Virus record (IMG/VR): IMGVR_UViG_3300025769_000092
DNA length: 64,000 bases
Reading direction: 5' to 3' (one strand)
Source: an uncultured virus (IMG/VR IMGVR_UViG_3300025769_000092)
Taxonomy: Duplodnaviria > Heunggongvirae > Uroviricota > Caudoviricetes
The notes under the pieces were generated by a model. That model searched no databases. It saw nothing but the letters and a program-made list of their open reading frames with translations, and was not told the DNA's origin. Position numbers and translations under genes: made by a program. Position 1 is the stretch's first letter, and every line of letters starts with the position of its first letter. Of this stretch, positions 20,374 to 30,180 are shown piece by piece.

Positions 20374-21207
20374 ATGAATTATTACATCCCAAACAATTTA
20401 TTATCAACAGAGAATGCTAAGACTAGTAAAGGTGAAAAATTAGGTATTACTACTTATATATCTTATTTGTCACCACATACTCAAAATAGTAAGGGTATTA
20501 ACTTATGCCCACATGCAAGTAAAGGTTGTGCCAAGGCTTGTTTATTTAAGTCTGGTAGTGCTAGATTTGACGCAGTACAAGAAGGTAAAATGAATAAAAC
20601 AGAATTCTTTTTAGCAGATAGAAAGGCTTATATGGAAAAACTATATAAGGAGTTGAAGAGAGCTGAAAGATTGCATGGAGCGATTGAAGGTGACAAGCAA
20701 TACAAAAAGAATGGTGTTGATGTACTAAGGTATAAAAACTTTGCAGTACGTTTGAATGGTACTACGGATATTGCTTTTGAGAAGTTAAAGGTAAAGGACA
20801 ATAAAAATATCATGGAATTATTTCCTAATATACAATTTTATGACTACACTAAGAATCATAAAAGAATGTATAAGTACTTAAAAAATGAGTTACCAAGTAA
20901 TTATCATTTAACTTTTTCTAGAAGTGAGGACAACGATAAGGTATGCATGGATATACTTTCTAAAGGTGGCAATGTAGCGATTGTATTTGGTGTTAAGAAT
21001 GTTAATGACTTTCCAAGTGAGTATAAGGGTTATAAGGTTATTAATGGTGACGAAACGGACTTAAGGTTTCTAGATGAGGATAATGTTATTGTAGGTCTTA
21101 AATACAAGTTAGTTACAGGTAAAGGTACTAAAGGACAAAATAAAGATAACATTGAAAATAACGATTTCTTAATCGATATTAGCAAATTAGAAAGTAAATT
21201 AGTTTAA
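20374..21207 (+). CDS. phage Gp88-like protein (CxxxxxCxxxC, radical-SAM-like)
   Basis: LCPHASKGCAKACL, VRLNGTTDI, QFYDYTK, YHLTFSRSE, GDETDLRFLD. Confidence 0.8.
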   Translation: MNYYIPNNLLSTENAKTSKGEKLGITTYISYLSPHTQNSKGINLCPHASKGCAKACLFKSGSARFDAVQEGKMNKTEFFLADRKAYMEKLYKELKRAERLHGAIEGDKQYKKNGVDVLRYKNFAVRLNGTTDIAFEKLKVKDNKNIMELFPNIQFYDYTKNHKRMYKYLKNELPSNYHLTFSRSEDNDKVCMDILSKGGNVAIVFGVKNVNDFPSEYKGYKVINGDETDLRFLDEDNVIVGLKYKLVTGKGTKGQNKDNIENNDFLIDISKLESKLV

Positions 21208-21297
21208 AAATAAATTAAAGATATCTTATATTATATTTGGTAGTATGAGATATCTTTTGTATATTTACATATCGTTAAACATTAAAACAAATAAGTT

Positions 21298-21570
21298 ATG
21301 AGAATTTCAAAAGTAGTAGCAACAGAATTAATCAACAAATCAAAAGGTAAAATCTTTACGGCAACATTTTTAAAAAAGAATGGTGAGTTAAGAAAAATGA
21401 ATTGTAGGTTGGGAGTTAATAAGGGAGTTAATGGTAAGGGTATGAATTATAACCCAACACTTAAAGCATTAAAACCCGTATTCGATATGCAAGTAAAGGA
21501 ATGGAGAACTATTAACCTGGAAAGCATTAAGGAGTTAAGTATTAACAAAGAAAAATATATTGTTGGTTAA
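21298..21570 (+). CDS. SH3-fold/WYL-like phage protein
   Basis: IFTATFLKKNGELRKMNCRLGV...VFDMQVKEWRTI. Confidence 0.65.
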   Translation: MRISKVVATELINKSKGKIFTATFLKKNGELRKMNCRLGVNKGVNGKGMNYNPTLKALKPVFDMQVKEWRTINLESIKELSINKEKYIVG

Positions 21571-21576
21571 GCAATA

Positions 21577-21730
21577 ATAAAATCGATAGCAAGAGCATAC
21601 AACGGACAAGGCTAAGGCGAGTGAGTTGTAACATGTTGAGGGTAGGAGTTGAAAAACGTTTGGACTAACGGCATGTACAATAACAAATCGGTGGGATGCG
21701 AGTGGTTGACCAATGCTCTTGCGATTTTAT
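21577..21730 (+). ncRNA. candidate ~150-nt multibranch structured RNA
   Basis: long closing stem (ataaaatc + gcaagagcat / atgctcttgc + gattttat) and two internal stems. Confidence 0.45.
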
Positions 21731-21754
21731 TTTATATAGTTAAAAAAAGTTAAG

Positions 21755-21850
21755 ACGTGAAGGAGTCTACTCTTCTAAGAACTTGTCTCAGCCCGTTTCG
21801 GTATCACCACCAACAATACAAATATCGGAATTAGTTTTGACATATCCAAA
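21755..21850 (-). ncRNA. small structured RNA repeat copy 3 (with promoter)
   Basis: ACGGG-CTGAGA/TCTTAG hairpin-AAGAGTAGACTCC. Confidence 0.65.
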
Positions 21851-21953
21851 TTATTTAATAAAAAAAATTAAATAAAAAATATATGCTATTATATTTGGTG
21901 GATTGAAATAAAGTTTGTATATTTGAATATCGTTAAACAATTAAATAATTACT

Positions 21954-22484
21954 ATGAAAACATTTAAATCAGTATCAGAAGTAGAGAACTACGCAAAGAG
22001 GTTATTGGACGTAGAGTATGACATTAAAATAGATGGTCTTATGCACCATGTTAATCCTATGGATGTAGGATATAAGTTTGAATGGGATAATGCCAAGAAT
22101 AGATTTGGTGTTTGTAGATACAGTAGGAGAGTCATTGGATTATCTTTACCATTGGTTGAGGGTAACCTAGATAATTTCACTCAGATTAATGACACTATAC
22201 TACATGAGATTGCCCATGCTATATCATATGAGATACATGGTAGAAAAGGTAGAGGTCATGGTGAGTTTTGGAAACATGTTGCTAGGTCAATCGGTTGTAA
22301 TGCTAAGAGATGTTATAGTACTAAGGATGTAAACACACCACAATACAAATATACTCTTATATGTGATAGTTGTGGTAATGAGAGCCATGCACGTAGAATG
22401 GGTAGTAGTGAGTATTCATGTGGTAAGTGTTCACCAAGAAAGTTCAATAAAGATTTTATTTTAAGAGTTATAAAGAATTATTAG
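21954..22484 (+). CDS. SprT-like zinc metalloprotease with C-terminal Zn ribbon
   Basis: TILHEIAH, GHGEFWK, CDSC...CGKC. Confidence 0.85.
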   Translation: MKTFKSVSEVENYAKRLLDVEYDIKIDGLMHHVNPMDVGYKFEWDNAKNRFGVCRYSRRVIGLSLPLVEGNLDNFTQINDTILHEIAHAISYEIHGRKGRGHGEFWKHVARSIGCNAKRCYSTKDVNTPQYKYTLICDSCGNESHARRMGSSEYSCGKCSPRKFNKDFILRVIKNY

Positions 22485-22540
22485 GATATATAAAATATAA
22501 TTTGTATATTTACATTATCATAAAAAAAAACAATAATACT

Positions 22541-22765
22541 ATGGCAAAGAAAGAATTTACATTAGTCGAAGAAAGAGTAGTTACCTTAGAGAAAGGTGAA
22601 CGAATATTTTGGTTTACAAGAATGAGTGAAGATGGTGGGTACTCATCTATGGTAAATGATTCACTATCATACGATAAAGACCAAGCAACAAAAATGTTTC
22701 ACTTAATAGTTAAGCACGATGGTGTTATGAGAAAACAAACAATACTAGAAACAGTAACTACTTAA
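22541..22765 (+). CDS. hypothetical protein
   Basis: ORF with own promoter, start adjusted. Confidence 0.65.
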   Translation: MAKKEFTLVEERVVTLEKGERIFWFTRMSEDGGYSSMVNDSLSYDKDQATKMFHLIVKHDGVMRKQTILETVTT

Positions 22766-22844
22766 TAAAAATATATACTATTATATTTGGTGAATTGAAA
22801 AAGTATTTGTATATTTGAATATCGTTAAACAAAACAGTAATACT

Positions 22845-23126
22845 ATGGCAAAGACAAGAGAGCAAATGATGGCAACACTTAAGACTAAGTATCCTAAGTT
22901 ATTCGTTAACACCACTGAGGAGTTCAATGGTAACGAGGGTGGTATTTGGATGTGTGGTGAGGACTATGAGGTTGTTGATAGGAAGGACAACAGAATCTTT
23001 GATTACTATTCTGATAGTAGTAGTTATGACATAGGGGTTATATACCATTTAAATAGGTGGGCTAACCGTAATGGTTGGTGGTTTGAATGGAACGACCCTG
23101 GAACTATAATGATGTGGCCCGAATAG
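22845..23126 (+). CDS. hypothetical protein
   Basis: GWWFEWNDPGT motif; start adjusted. Confidence 0.7.
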   Translation: MAKTREQMMATLKTKYPKLFVNTTEEFNGNEGGIWMCGEDYEVVDRKDNRIFDYYSDSSSYDIGVIYHLNRWANRNGWWFEWNDPGTIMMWPE

Positions 23127-23198
23127 GCCATATTATTTTTTTTAAAAATATATAGTATTATATTTGGATTATTAATAAACTATTTGTACATTTACATT

Positions 23199-23831
23199 AT
23201 GGAAAAATTAACTACAGAACCTGGAAAATCGTATTGGAATAATAATGGTGTATACCAAGAACAGTACGACAAGTTGTATGAAAGTCTTGTACCTTCAAGG
23301 GGTGAAGCTGATACTGTACATGGTGAGATGCTTAGAGCAGTATCAAGATTATTCTATGACTACTGTAACAATGGTAACTGTAACATAAGAGATGTACAAC
23401 AAGACTGTTGCCCCGATTGTGGTGGTAGTGGATATGAAGAACCCGATGATTGTTATCCTTGTGATGGTAGTGGTGAAGTTGAGGATATGGATGATGAAGA
23501 TGAGTTTGTAACTTGCGACAGTTGTGGTGGTAGTGGTGAAGAAGAACCAAGAGATTGTGGTTACTGTGGTGGGGATTGTTATGTTGATGGTGATGTTAGG
23601 ATTGATAGTTATTATGAATCTATGTTGACTGTATTACATAATAATATGATAGAGCATAGACTTGTTGATGAGGTTGAGGATTTTATAACAAGAGATGATT
23701 TAGGTTATGGTGATTATACTTTTGATGATAGTGAAATGAAAGTATATAATAACTTGGTTGATGCAGTAATGTATCAGATATTAACAACAAAAAATGAAAA
23801 AAGAATTAGAACGGATTTGGAATTATCATAA
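23199..23831 (+). CDS. phage protein with inserted DnaJ-type CxxCxGxG zinc-finger repeats
   Basis: CPDCGGSG, CYPCDGSG, CDSCGGSG, CGYCGG; flanking LVPSRGEADTVHGEMLRA...YDYCNNG domain. Confidence 0.7.
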   Translation: MEKLTTEPGKSYWNNNGVYQEQYDKLYESLVPSRGEADTVHGEMLRAVSRLFYDYCNNGNCNIRDVQQDCCPDCGGSGYEEPDDCYPCDGSGEVEDMDDEDEFVTCDSCGGSGEEEPRDCGYCGGDCYVDGDVRIDSYYESMLTVLHNNMIEHRLVDEVEDFITRDDLGYGDYTFDDSEMKVYNNLVDAVMYQILTTKNEKRIRTDLELS

Positions 23832-23875
23832 TTAATTCTTATCTTTATAAAGTCAAACAAATAAAAATAAAAACT

Positions 23876-24127
23876 ATGTCAAAGCAGAAAGAACAAACAG
23901 TAGACCAATTTTGGAATAACCAAGCAAAGAATTTAAAAGGTAAAGTCATTAAAGAAGCAAGGTATATGACACCTAAAGAAGCTGAAGAGTTTGGTTGGTA
24001 CAGTAGACCTGTAGTAATTCATTTTACTGATGGAACATACATTATCCCAATGAAAGATGATGAGGGTAATGATGGTGGAAGTGTTGAGGGTAGTACTGAT
24101 GAGTTAGTTTTTCCAGTTTTAAGATAA
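23876..24127 (+). CDS. conserved phage hypothetical protein
   Basis: PMKDDEGNDGG motif. Confidence 0.75.
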   Translation: MSKQKEQTVDQFWNNQAKNLKGKVIKEARYMTPKEAEEFGWYSRPVVIHFTDGTYIIPMKDDEGNDGGSVEGSTDELVFPVLR

Positions 24128-24194
24128 AAAAGTTTGGAAGTCTGAATTATTATTCTTATATTTACATATCGTTAAACATTAAAAATAAATAACT

Positions 24195-24470
24195 ATGGCA
24201 AACGTAAAAAGATTCGACAGACACGAAAACATGAGTTCAGAAACTAGAGAAGAAATAATGGACTTAATTATCAAATTAAAGTTATCAGAGTTTGGAGATT
24301 TTGATTTGGTTAATTCTCTTTATGGATTATTTGATGGTTACTATTATGAAGATACATTAAAGGAACACCAAAAGGCAATTATTGATTCAGATTTTTCACT
24401 TGGTATGAGATTATCAGTTGTGATGTTAGAAGTTCAAGGTTATCCCGAAGGAGTTACACAAGTATTTTAA
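24195..24470 (+). CDS. hypothetical protein
   Basis: ORF with own promoter. Confidence 0.7.
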   Translation: MANVKRFDRHENMSSETREEIMDLIIKLKLSEFGDFDLVNSLYGLFDGYYYEDTLKEHQKAIIDSDFSLGMRLSVVMLEVQGYPEGVTQVF

Positions 24471-24605
24471 ACATTATTCTAAAAGTATTAAGGGGTTTTA
24501 TAACCCCTTTTTTTATGTCTAATAAAAAATATATACTATTATATTTGGTATATTGAAATAAAGTTTGTATATTTGAATATCGTTAATCATTAAAACTAAA
24601 TAATT

Positions 24606-25028
24606 ATGGCAAATCCATTAATACATTCAAAGAGTTCAGTTAAGCGTTGGGGTGGTAAGGTAGAAGATTATATTGCTATCCACGAATTAATTGATAGTCC
24701 AAAGGCGACTATGAACAACAATACAAGTAGAGCATTAACACACAACACTTGGTTCGCATATACTATTATACCAAAGATATTTGGATATAACATTACCAAT
24801 TCAAATGGTAGAAGTGTAGACACTATTGATATTGCTATGTTACATATAGCAGAAGATTTCAGAATGAAGTTTGTACCAACACCACAAGACTACTTAAAAA
24901 ATATGAAAGTGGAAGCGTGGATGTGCAATGGAGTTAAAGATGTTAATAATCCCGAAGCAACACTAACTGCAAAGGAATTAAAAGAAAGATTACCTAAAAT
25001 AAAATCTGGATTAGATTTGGAAAAGTAA
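24606..25028 (+). CDS. DUF6915-like protein
   Basis: HSKSSVKRWGGKVEDYIAIHELID...RALTH...HIAED. Confidence 0.65.
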   Translation: MANPLIHSKSSVKRWGGKVEDYIAIHELIDSPKATMNNNTSRALTHNTWFAYTIIPKIFGYNITNSNGRSVDTIDIAMLHIAEDFRMKFVPTPQDYLKNMKVEAWMCNGVKDVNNPEATLTAKELKERLPKIKSGLDLEK

Positions 25029-25082
25029 ATATAATATAGTATATTTGTATTGTAACATTAAATAATCATTAAACTTAAAATT

Positions 25083-25733
25083 ATGGAAAAAGAAGAAGCA
25101 ATTAAGATTTGGAAAGAGTTAAATATATCACAAGTAGATTTTAACTTTTATTGTGGTGGTGATAGTATGGGTGATACCGATATGGTATTTGAAAATAAAG
25201 ACAATGAAAATTGTAAGGTAGCATACGATAAACTATATACCTACATTGAAGATTTAATCTATGATAGGGTTGAATTTTATGACGCATCTGACGGACATTA
25301 TATGGGTGAAGCTGGGCACGTTTACGTTGAACTAACCCACAATGGAGATGATTTTGAGTGTTCAAAGACCTCTGAGAGTGAATGGAACGAAACTTTTAGT
25401 AGTCTTATTGGTGTGCCTATAACTGATGATGAGAAAACATTTATTGAGAAAAATGTTAGAAGTATTGTTGGTGGTTATGATGATAGTCCTATGATAAATT
25501 ATAGTAGAGATTTAATTATGACTGATAAAACCGAAAAAATGGTTGGGGAGTTATTAGAAAAGATTGATAACCACACACAAGAATTTGTACCCGACTTTGA
25601 AGATGAACTTGGTGGTGGCGAATTACAAGAGTGGTACACCTACGACACCTCTGATATAAACGATATAATTAATGAAAAGGGTGAGTTAGCAATACCAATA
25701 GATAATAACGTATGTGTTTATAGAGAAGAATAA
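25083..25733 (+). CDS. acidic protein, DUF6878-like N-terminus
   Basis: VDFNFYCGGDSMG motif. Confidence 0.5.
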   Translation: MEKEEAIKIWKELNISQVDFNFYCGGDSMGDTDMVFENKDNENCKVAYDKLYTYIEDLIYDRVEFYDASDGHYMGEAGHVYVELTHNGDDFECSKTSESEWNETFSSLIGVPITDDEKTFIEKNVRSIVGGYDDSPMINYSRDLIMTDKTEKMVGELLEKIDNHTQEFVPDFEDELGGGELQEWYTYDTSDINDIINEKGELAIPIDNNVCVYREE

Positions 25734-25826
25734 AATTATATGGGGGATTATTTTCCCCCATTTATTTGGAAAAGTAAATATAATATAGTATATTTACATA
25801 ATCGTTAATCAATAAAAAATAAAACT

Positions 25827-26510
25827 ATGAGTAAGATTATTATTAGTAATGTACCTTTCCCATTTGATTTAGGTTGTAAGGTACTAAAGTTAAAAGAAGC
25901 TGAATGTCCTTTTGATGAACTTTCTGATTTTTGGAATGACATTACACCTTTAACATTTAAGGAGATTGCTATGTTGGAGAATTTGGAACAACGTAGAATT
26001 GGTATTGAGCATTTGGGTATTGATAATATTATTAGTGAAGTTAATCCAACACTTTTAGACAAGACAACACTTAAAAAGACAACAACTTGGATTAATGAGT
26101 TGGGAGTTGAGGAAACAATAAACTTTGATGACACCTATGAATTATATAAGGTATCAAATAATGTGTTATTAAGTCAAGAACCAGATAGGTGGCGTAGAGA
26201 AACATTTTCTTATTATGTGAAGTTTAAGGATACCTCAACGGATAGAGAATATCTTATATGGGTTGATTTAAGAGATGTATATAATAACAATTATAATGGT
26301 TGGAAAAGTGAGGAAGAAATGGAGAAAATTGTTACTGCCATTGATTGTATTGCTTGGACAATTACTACCAATGTTGCAGAGGGTAACATAAAGAGAATAT
26401 TAAGGCAAGGTGATTGTGTTTTAATAGAACCAAAAAAAGATAGAAGTTTTGGTCAAGTTAGACATATTACTAAAGAAGAATATAACACACTTTTAGAAGT
26501 AGAAAGTTAG
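25827..26510 (+). CDS. hypothetical phage protein
   Basis: NLEQRR...DTSTDREYLIWV...AIDCIAW...RQGD motifs. Confidence 0.7.
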   Translation: MSKIIISNVPFPFDLGCKVLKLKEAECPFDELSDFWNDITPLTFKEIAMLENLEQRRIGIEHLGIDNIISEVNPTLLDKTTLKKTTTWINELGVEETINFDDTYELYKVSNNVLLSQEPDRWRRETFSYYVKFKDTSTDREYLIWVDLRDVYNNNYNGWKSEEEMEKIVTAIDCIAWTITTNVAEGNIKRILRQGDCVLIEPKKDRSFGQVRHITKEEYNTLLEVES

Positions 26511-26561
26511 GATAATTAAATATTATTTTGTATATTAGTATAAACATTAAAACTTAAAATT

Positions 26562-26822
26562 ATGGTAAATAAAAAGAAACATACGTTATTATTAGGTGAG
26601 GGTATTCACCAACACACACTTTATGGAGATTTTGATATTCATACCTCAATGGAAGAATTTACGGAGTTTGAAGTAAATAAGAATAGTTTATTACAACACG
26701 AATTACCTAATGGTAAATTTGGTGAACATAAAACACTAAAGGTAGATAAGGGTAGTTGGGTAATGGGTAAACAAGTTGAGTATAATCCATTTAGTCAGAT
26801 AGTACAAAGAGTTTGGGATTAA
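26562..26822 (+). CDS. hypothetical phage protein
   Basis: LGEGIHQH...EH...QVEYNP motif. Confidence 0.7.
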   Translation: MVNKKKHTLLLGEGIHQHTLYGDFDIHTSMEEFTEFEVNKNSLLQHELPNGKFGEHKTLKVDKGSWVMGKQVEYNPFSQIVQRVWD

Positions 26823-26911
26823 TTATTTTTAAAGAAATTGGTACTATAATTTGGTAGTACCATTTCTTTTTTGTATCTTTACATTAAGTCAAACAAACAA
26901 AAGATAAAGCT

Positions 26912-27493
26912 ATGAAAGAATTTAAATTACCAAACAACAGAATACTAAAAGTGGAACAGGATGAGTATCCATTAAACCCAAGAGAAGATTGGGATAACTT
27001 AGGAAACATGATTTGTTTTCATAGAAATTATTGCTTAGGGGATTATGAATTATCTAAAGAATATGAACCTAAAGATTATTATAAACTGAAGAAAAGAAAA
27101 GATGTTGTTATATTACCATTATATCTTTATGACCATAGTGGAATAACAATGAATACAACAGGATTCAGTTGTGGTTGGGATAGTGGACAGGTTGGATTTA
27201 TTTATGTTACCCATGAAGAAATTAGAAAAGAATTTGGAGTAAAAAGAGTTACTCAAGAATTAAGAGAAAAAGTGAAGGGATACTTACAAGGTGAAGTTAA
27301 TGTTTACGACCAGTATATTACTGGAGATGTTTATCATTTCAGCATATACCAAAAAGAAACTTGTAACTTAGGATGTGAACATGAGGAGTTTGAAGACAGT
27401 TGTGGAGGATTCTTCGGTGACGATATTAAAGAGAATGGAATATTAGATAATTTGATGGCTGAAGATTGCGAAGCCGTGTTAGAACAATTATAA
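26912..27493 (+). CDS. conserved phage hypothetical protein
   Basis: LPLYLYDHSGITM, WDSGQVGFIY, DSCGGFFG. Confidence 0.8.
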   Translation: MKEFKLPNNRILKVEQDEYPLNPREDWDNLGNMICFHRNYCLGDYELSKEYEPKDYYKLKKRKDVVILPLYLYDHSGITMNTTGFSCGWDSGQVGFIYVTHEEIRKEFGVKRVTQELREKVKGYLQGEVNVYDQYITGDVYHFSIYQKETCNLGCEHEEFEDSCGGFFGDDIKENGILDNLMAEDCEAVLEQL

Positions 27494-27652
27494 AGATATA
27501 AGGTGGGCAAACATAGTTTTATAGTTTGACGACTAAAAGTTTGGGACGGTGAATTTCTTAAAGACCTACCTTACCGTCCTCAACTTTACTTAAAAATAGT
27601 CAACATAAAACTTGTAAATTAAGAAAAAAAGTATTAACTTTAAACTATAGCA

Positions 27653-27835
27653 ATGGAAGAACTACTAATAAAGAAAGTAGAAGCAGATATAAGGGGATTA
27701 AGAATGAGAACCAAAACCCCAGAAGAAATTAAAGTAATGTATTTCCTGGATAAACTAAAGAAGCTTAATGATGGCTTACATGATGAATATCTAGAGAAAT
27801 ATATGAAAGTACGTAAGATGTACGATAAAAAATAG
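27653..27835 (+). CDS. hypothetical protein
   Basis: ORF track. Confidence 0.6.
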   Translation: MEELLIKKVEADIRGLRMRTKTPEEIKVMYFLDKLKKLNDGLHDEYLEKYMKVRKMYDKK

Positions 27836-27841
27836 TTATGT

Positions 27842-27906
27842 CATAGTAACTTGTTTTAGGTTTAACGAAGGAAAAGAAGGTTACCAGTTTGGTAGCCTCT
27901 TTTTTT
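27842..27906 (+). terminator. antisense-to-leader element plus intrinsic terminator
   Basis: catagtaacttgttttaggtttaac then ggttacca/tggtagcc hairpin and T run. Confidence 0.65.
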
Positions 27907-28000
27907 ATCTAAAAAAAAACGTTAAATAATTAGGAATATTAAATACTATTTTGTATATTTGTTATATAATTAATTGTCAAACTAAATAAAATTTAAAATT

Positions 28001-28456
28001 ATGGGAACTAGAAGCTTAACAACATTCATTGAAACTTACAAAGATGAGAGCGGAAAACAAAAGAAAGAGGAAATCGTTACAATGTATAGACAATATGACG
28101 GTTATCCAACAGGTCACGGTTTAGACTTAGCGGAGTTTTTATCAAAAGGTAAAATGGTTAATGGTATAGGATTAGATGACACTATCGTATTTAATGGTAT
28201 GGGTTGCTTAACGGCACAGGTAGTTGCCGAACTTAAAGATGGTGCTGGTGGGATTTATTTACAACGAGCCAATAAAGATAGTGGTGAGTGTTATAGATAC
28301 CAAGTTATAGGAGATTTTGACACTAGAGAACTAACCATAAAGATATTAGAAGTTGGTTATATGAAAGGTGATAAATATATTAACAAAACAAGAACTTTAT
28401 TTGAAGGTACACCTCAAAAGATGTTAGAATTTTGTAGTCAAGAACAGGAAGCATAA
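28001..28456 (+). CDS. conserved phage hypothetical protein
   Basis: MGTRSLT...YRQYDGYP...NGMGCL. Confidence 0.8.
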   Translation: MGTRSLTTFIETYKDESGKQKKEEIVTMYRQYDGYPTGHGLDLAEFLSKGKMVNGIGLDDTIVFNGMGCLTAQVVAELKDGAGGIYLQRANKDSGECYRYQVIGDFDTRELTIKILEVGYMKGDKYINKTRTLFEGTPQKMLEFCSQEQEA

Positions 28457-28529
28457 ATAATAGGGGAGGAATGTAAAAGTTTCTCCCTTTTTATTTGCAT
28501 AATTAAAATAAAAGTTATATCTTTACACT

Positions 28530-28718
28530 ATGAGAGATTTATTTGAAACATACGAAAAACTTCCAAAAGAAGTGCAAGAGATTATTAATGACTTCAGTGA
28601 AGCTGATAAAAATTATAATAACTGTCAAGACTTAATTGAAGCACTAGAAGAAGTTGGTTATACATGTGATTATGGTTTGGATGCCACACCATATGATTTG
28701 AAAAAACTTAATAAATAG
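28530..28718 (+). CDS. hypothetical protein
   Basis: GYTCDYGLDA motif; own promoter. Confidence 0.7.
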   Translation: MRDLFETYEKLPKEVQEIINDFSEADKNYNNCQDLIEALEEVGYTCDYGLDATPYDLKKLNK

Positions 28719-28926
28719 TTTGGTAGATTAAAAAAGATTTTGTATCTTTATACTATAAGATTAAGAAATGAAAAAAATTAAAAGTATTATAGAAAACATT
28801 CAAGTAATAGTATTCTTGTTTATAGCAAGAGTAAGTGGAATGTTTGACGCTGATGACGAAATAAACAGCTAAAAAAAGTTTCGAAAAGATTTGGTAGTTT
28901 AAAATAAATTACTTATCTTTACAACA

Positions 28927-29527
28927 GTTCTTTGAAAAATATGCATAGGAGAAGTTTACCTGTAAGGTTTACAGGACCTCTAAACATCGATTGCCTCTGG
29001 ACGAGCTACTAACCGCAATGCGCAACCAAAGCTTGTAACCAACTGTATTAAGGGTGCCCTTGACGCAGCACTACTCTCGAGTAGAAAAAGTTACAGCAGC
29101 AAAGCCTCTTCGTGTTATCTAACGGTGCACGCTACATAATCGGATGTTAACGTTAACAGCTAAATACGGTAAACTTTTCTGACTCAAGGTTCAAGAGTAT
29201 AAATAGAGCGGCTAAAGCTAAGCCGTGGGACCAAGGAACAGCTTAAGGGACCTCAGTTTCTAGTGGAACGACTATTAACAGGCCAATGGGGTCTCTTAGC
29301 TCTTCTGTTTTAGAATTCATTCTAGAATGCATATTTAGTACTAATTTAAATTAATACTGATGAAAAATTAAAATATAAATTCAGAGACCACCTAGCCGCA
29401 GCGCTAGCTGTAGACGAGATGGGCTTGCCTGGGCCATTAAACCAGGTGCATGATTATAAGTTGGGGAGTGGTTACCCCGTGATTAATGAGGAAAGGAGCT
29501 CCGCTATTACAGCGGGGCTTTTTTTTT
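28927..29527 (+). ncRNA. candidate large (~600 nt) structured ncRNA of unknown class
   Basis: own promoter, boxA-like gttctttgaaaa, no ORF, elevated GC, many long-range stems, terminator 29496-29527. Confidence 0.7.
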
Positions 29528-29615
29528 GTTATTTATTTTAAAATGCTAACAATAGTATGTTGTGTGGTTAAATATAATATTGTATATTTGTACTGTAACA
29601 TTAAAACAATATATT

Positions 29616-29768
29616 ATGAAAGATTTATTAGAAGAAGAACCCCTATTTATTTGCAACAGTTGCCATGAACATTTTCCTAGAGAAGAAATGGACTTTGATG
29701 TTGACGATGACCAAGACTTATGCAAGACTTGCAACTACCAAAGTTATAATGAGGGACCATACGGATAA
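29616..29768 (+). CDS. small zinc-finger protein
   Basis: CNSC...CKTC; start adjusted. Confidence 0.6.
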   Translation: MKDLLEEEPLFICNSCHEHFPREEMDFDVDDDQDLCKTCNYQSYNEGPYG

Positions 29769-29841
29769 AATAAACTATAAATAATTTGGTAAAGTAAATA
29801 TAATACTGTATATTTGTATTATAACATTAAAACAAAAGATT

Positions 29842-30126
29842 ATGGCGGGACATTTACCAATAGGTCAAAGCGGATTTGACCATGTAATAGGAAGTATTAT
29901 TAAAAGAGAAGATATACTAAAGTTGGAGGATTTCAAAAGGGTATTTAATAATGAATTAAATTGTTATATACAGAAGCTACCAACACATGAATATCAAATG
30001 AATGAAGAACATGGAAAGGAAGATGACCTGGTGGTTTATTTCTATAAATTAGATGTTGATGATTATTCTTATGAAGTTCATATAGATAAAGATACAAAAG
30101 TTAATCAAGTTTATTTGGTAATGTAA
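29842..30126 (+). CDS. hypothetical protein
   Basis: ORF with own promoter. Confidence 0.7.
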   Translation: MAGHLPIGQSGFDHVIGSIIKREDILKLEDFKRVFNNELNCYIQKLPTHEYQMNEEHGKEDDLVVYFYKLDVDDYSYEVHIDKDTKVNQVYLVM

Positions 30127-30180
30127 ATATAATATTGTATCTTTATACTATGTACACAAAAGTGTAATAAATATAAAACT

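Noticed and set aside
28927..29527. tmRNA (suggested by smpB), RNase P RNA or group I intron
   Set aside because: No GGGG 5' acceptor strand or T-arm plus CCA end; GAGGAAAG occurs only at the 3' end without UCC; tcagagacc lacks a matching S element and no exon is interrupted
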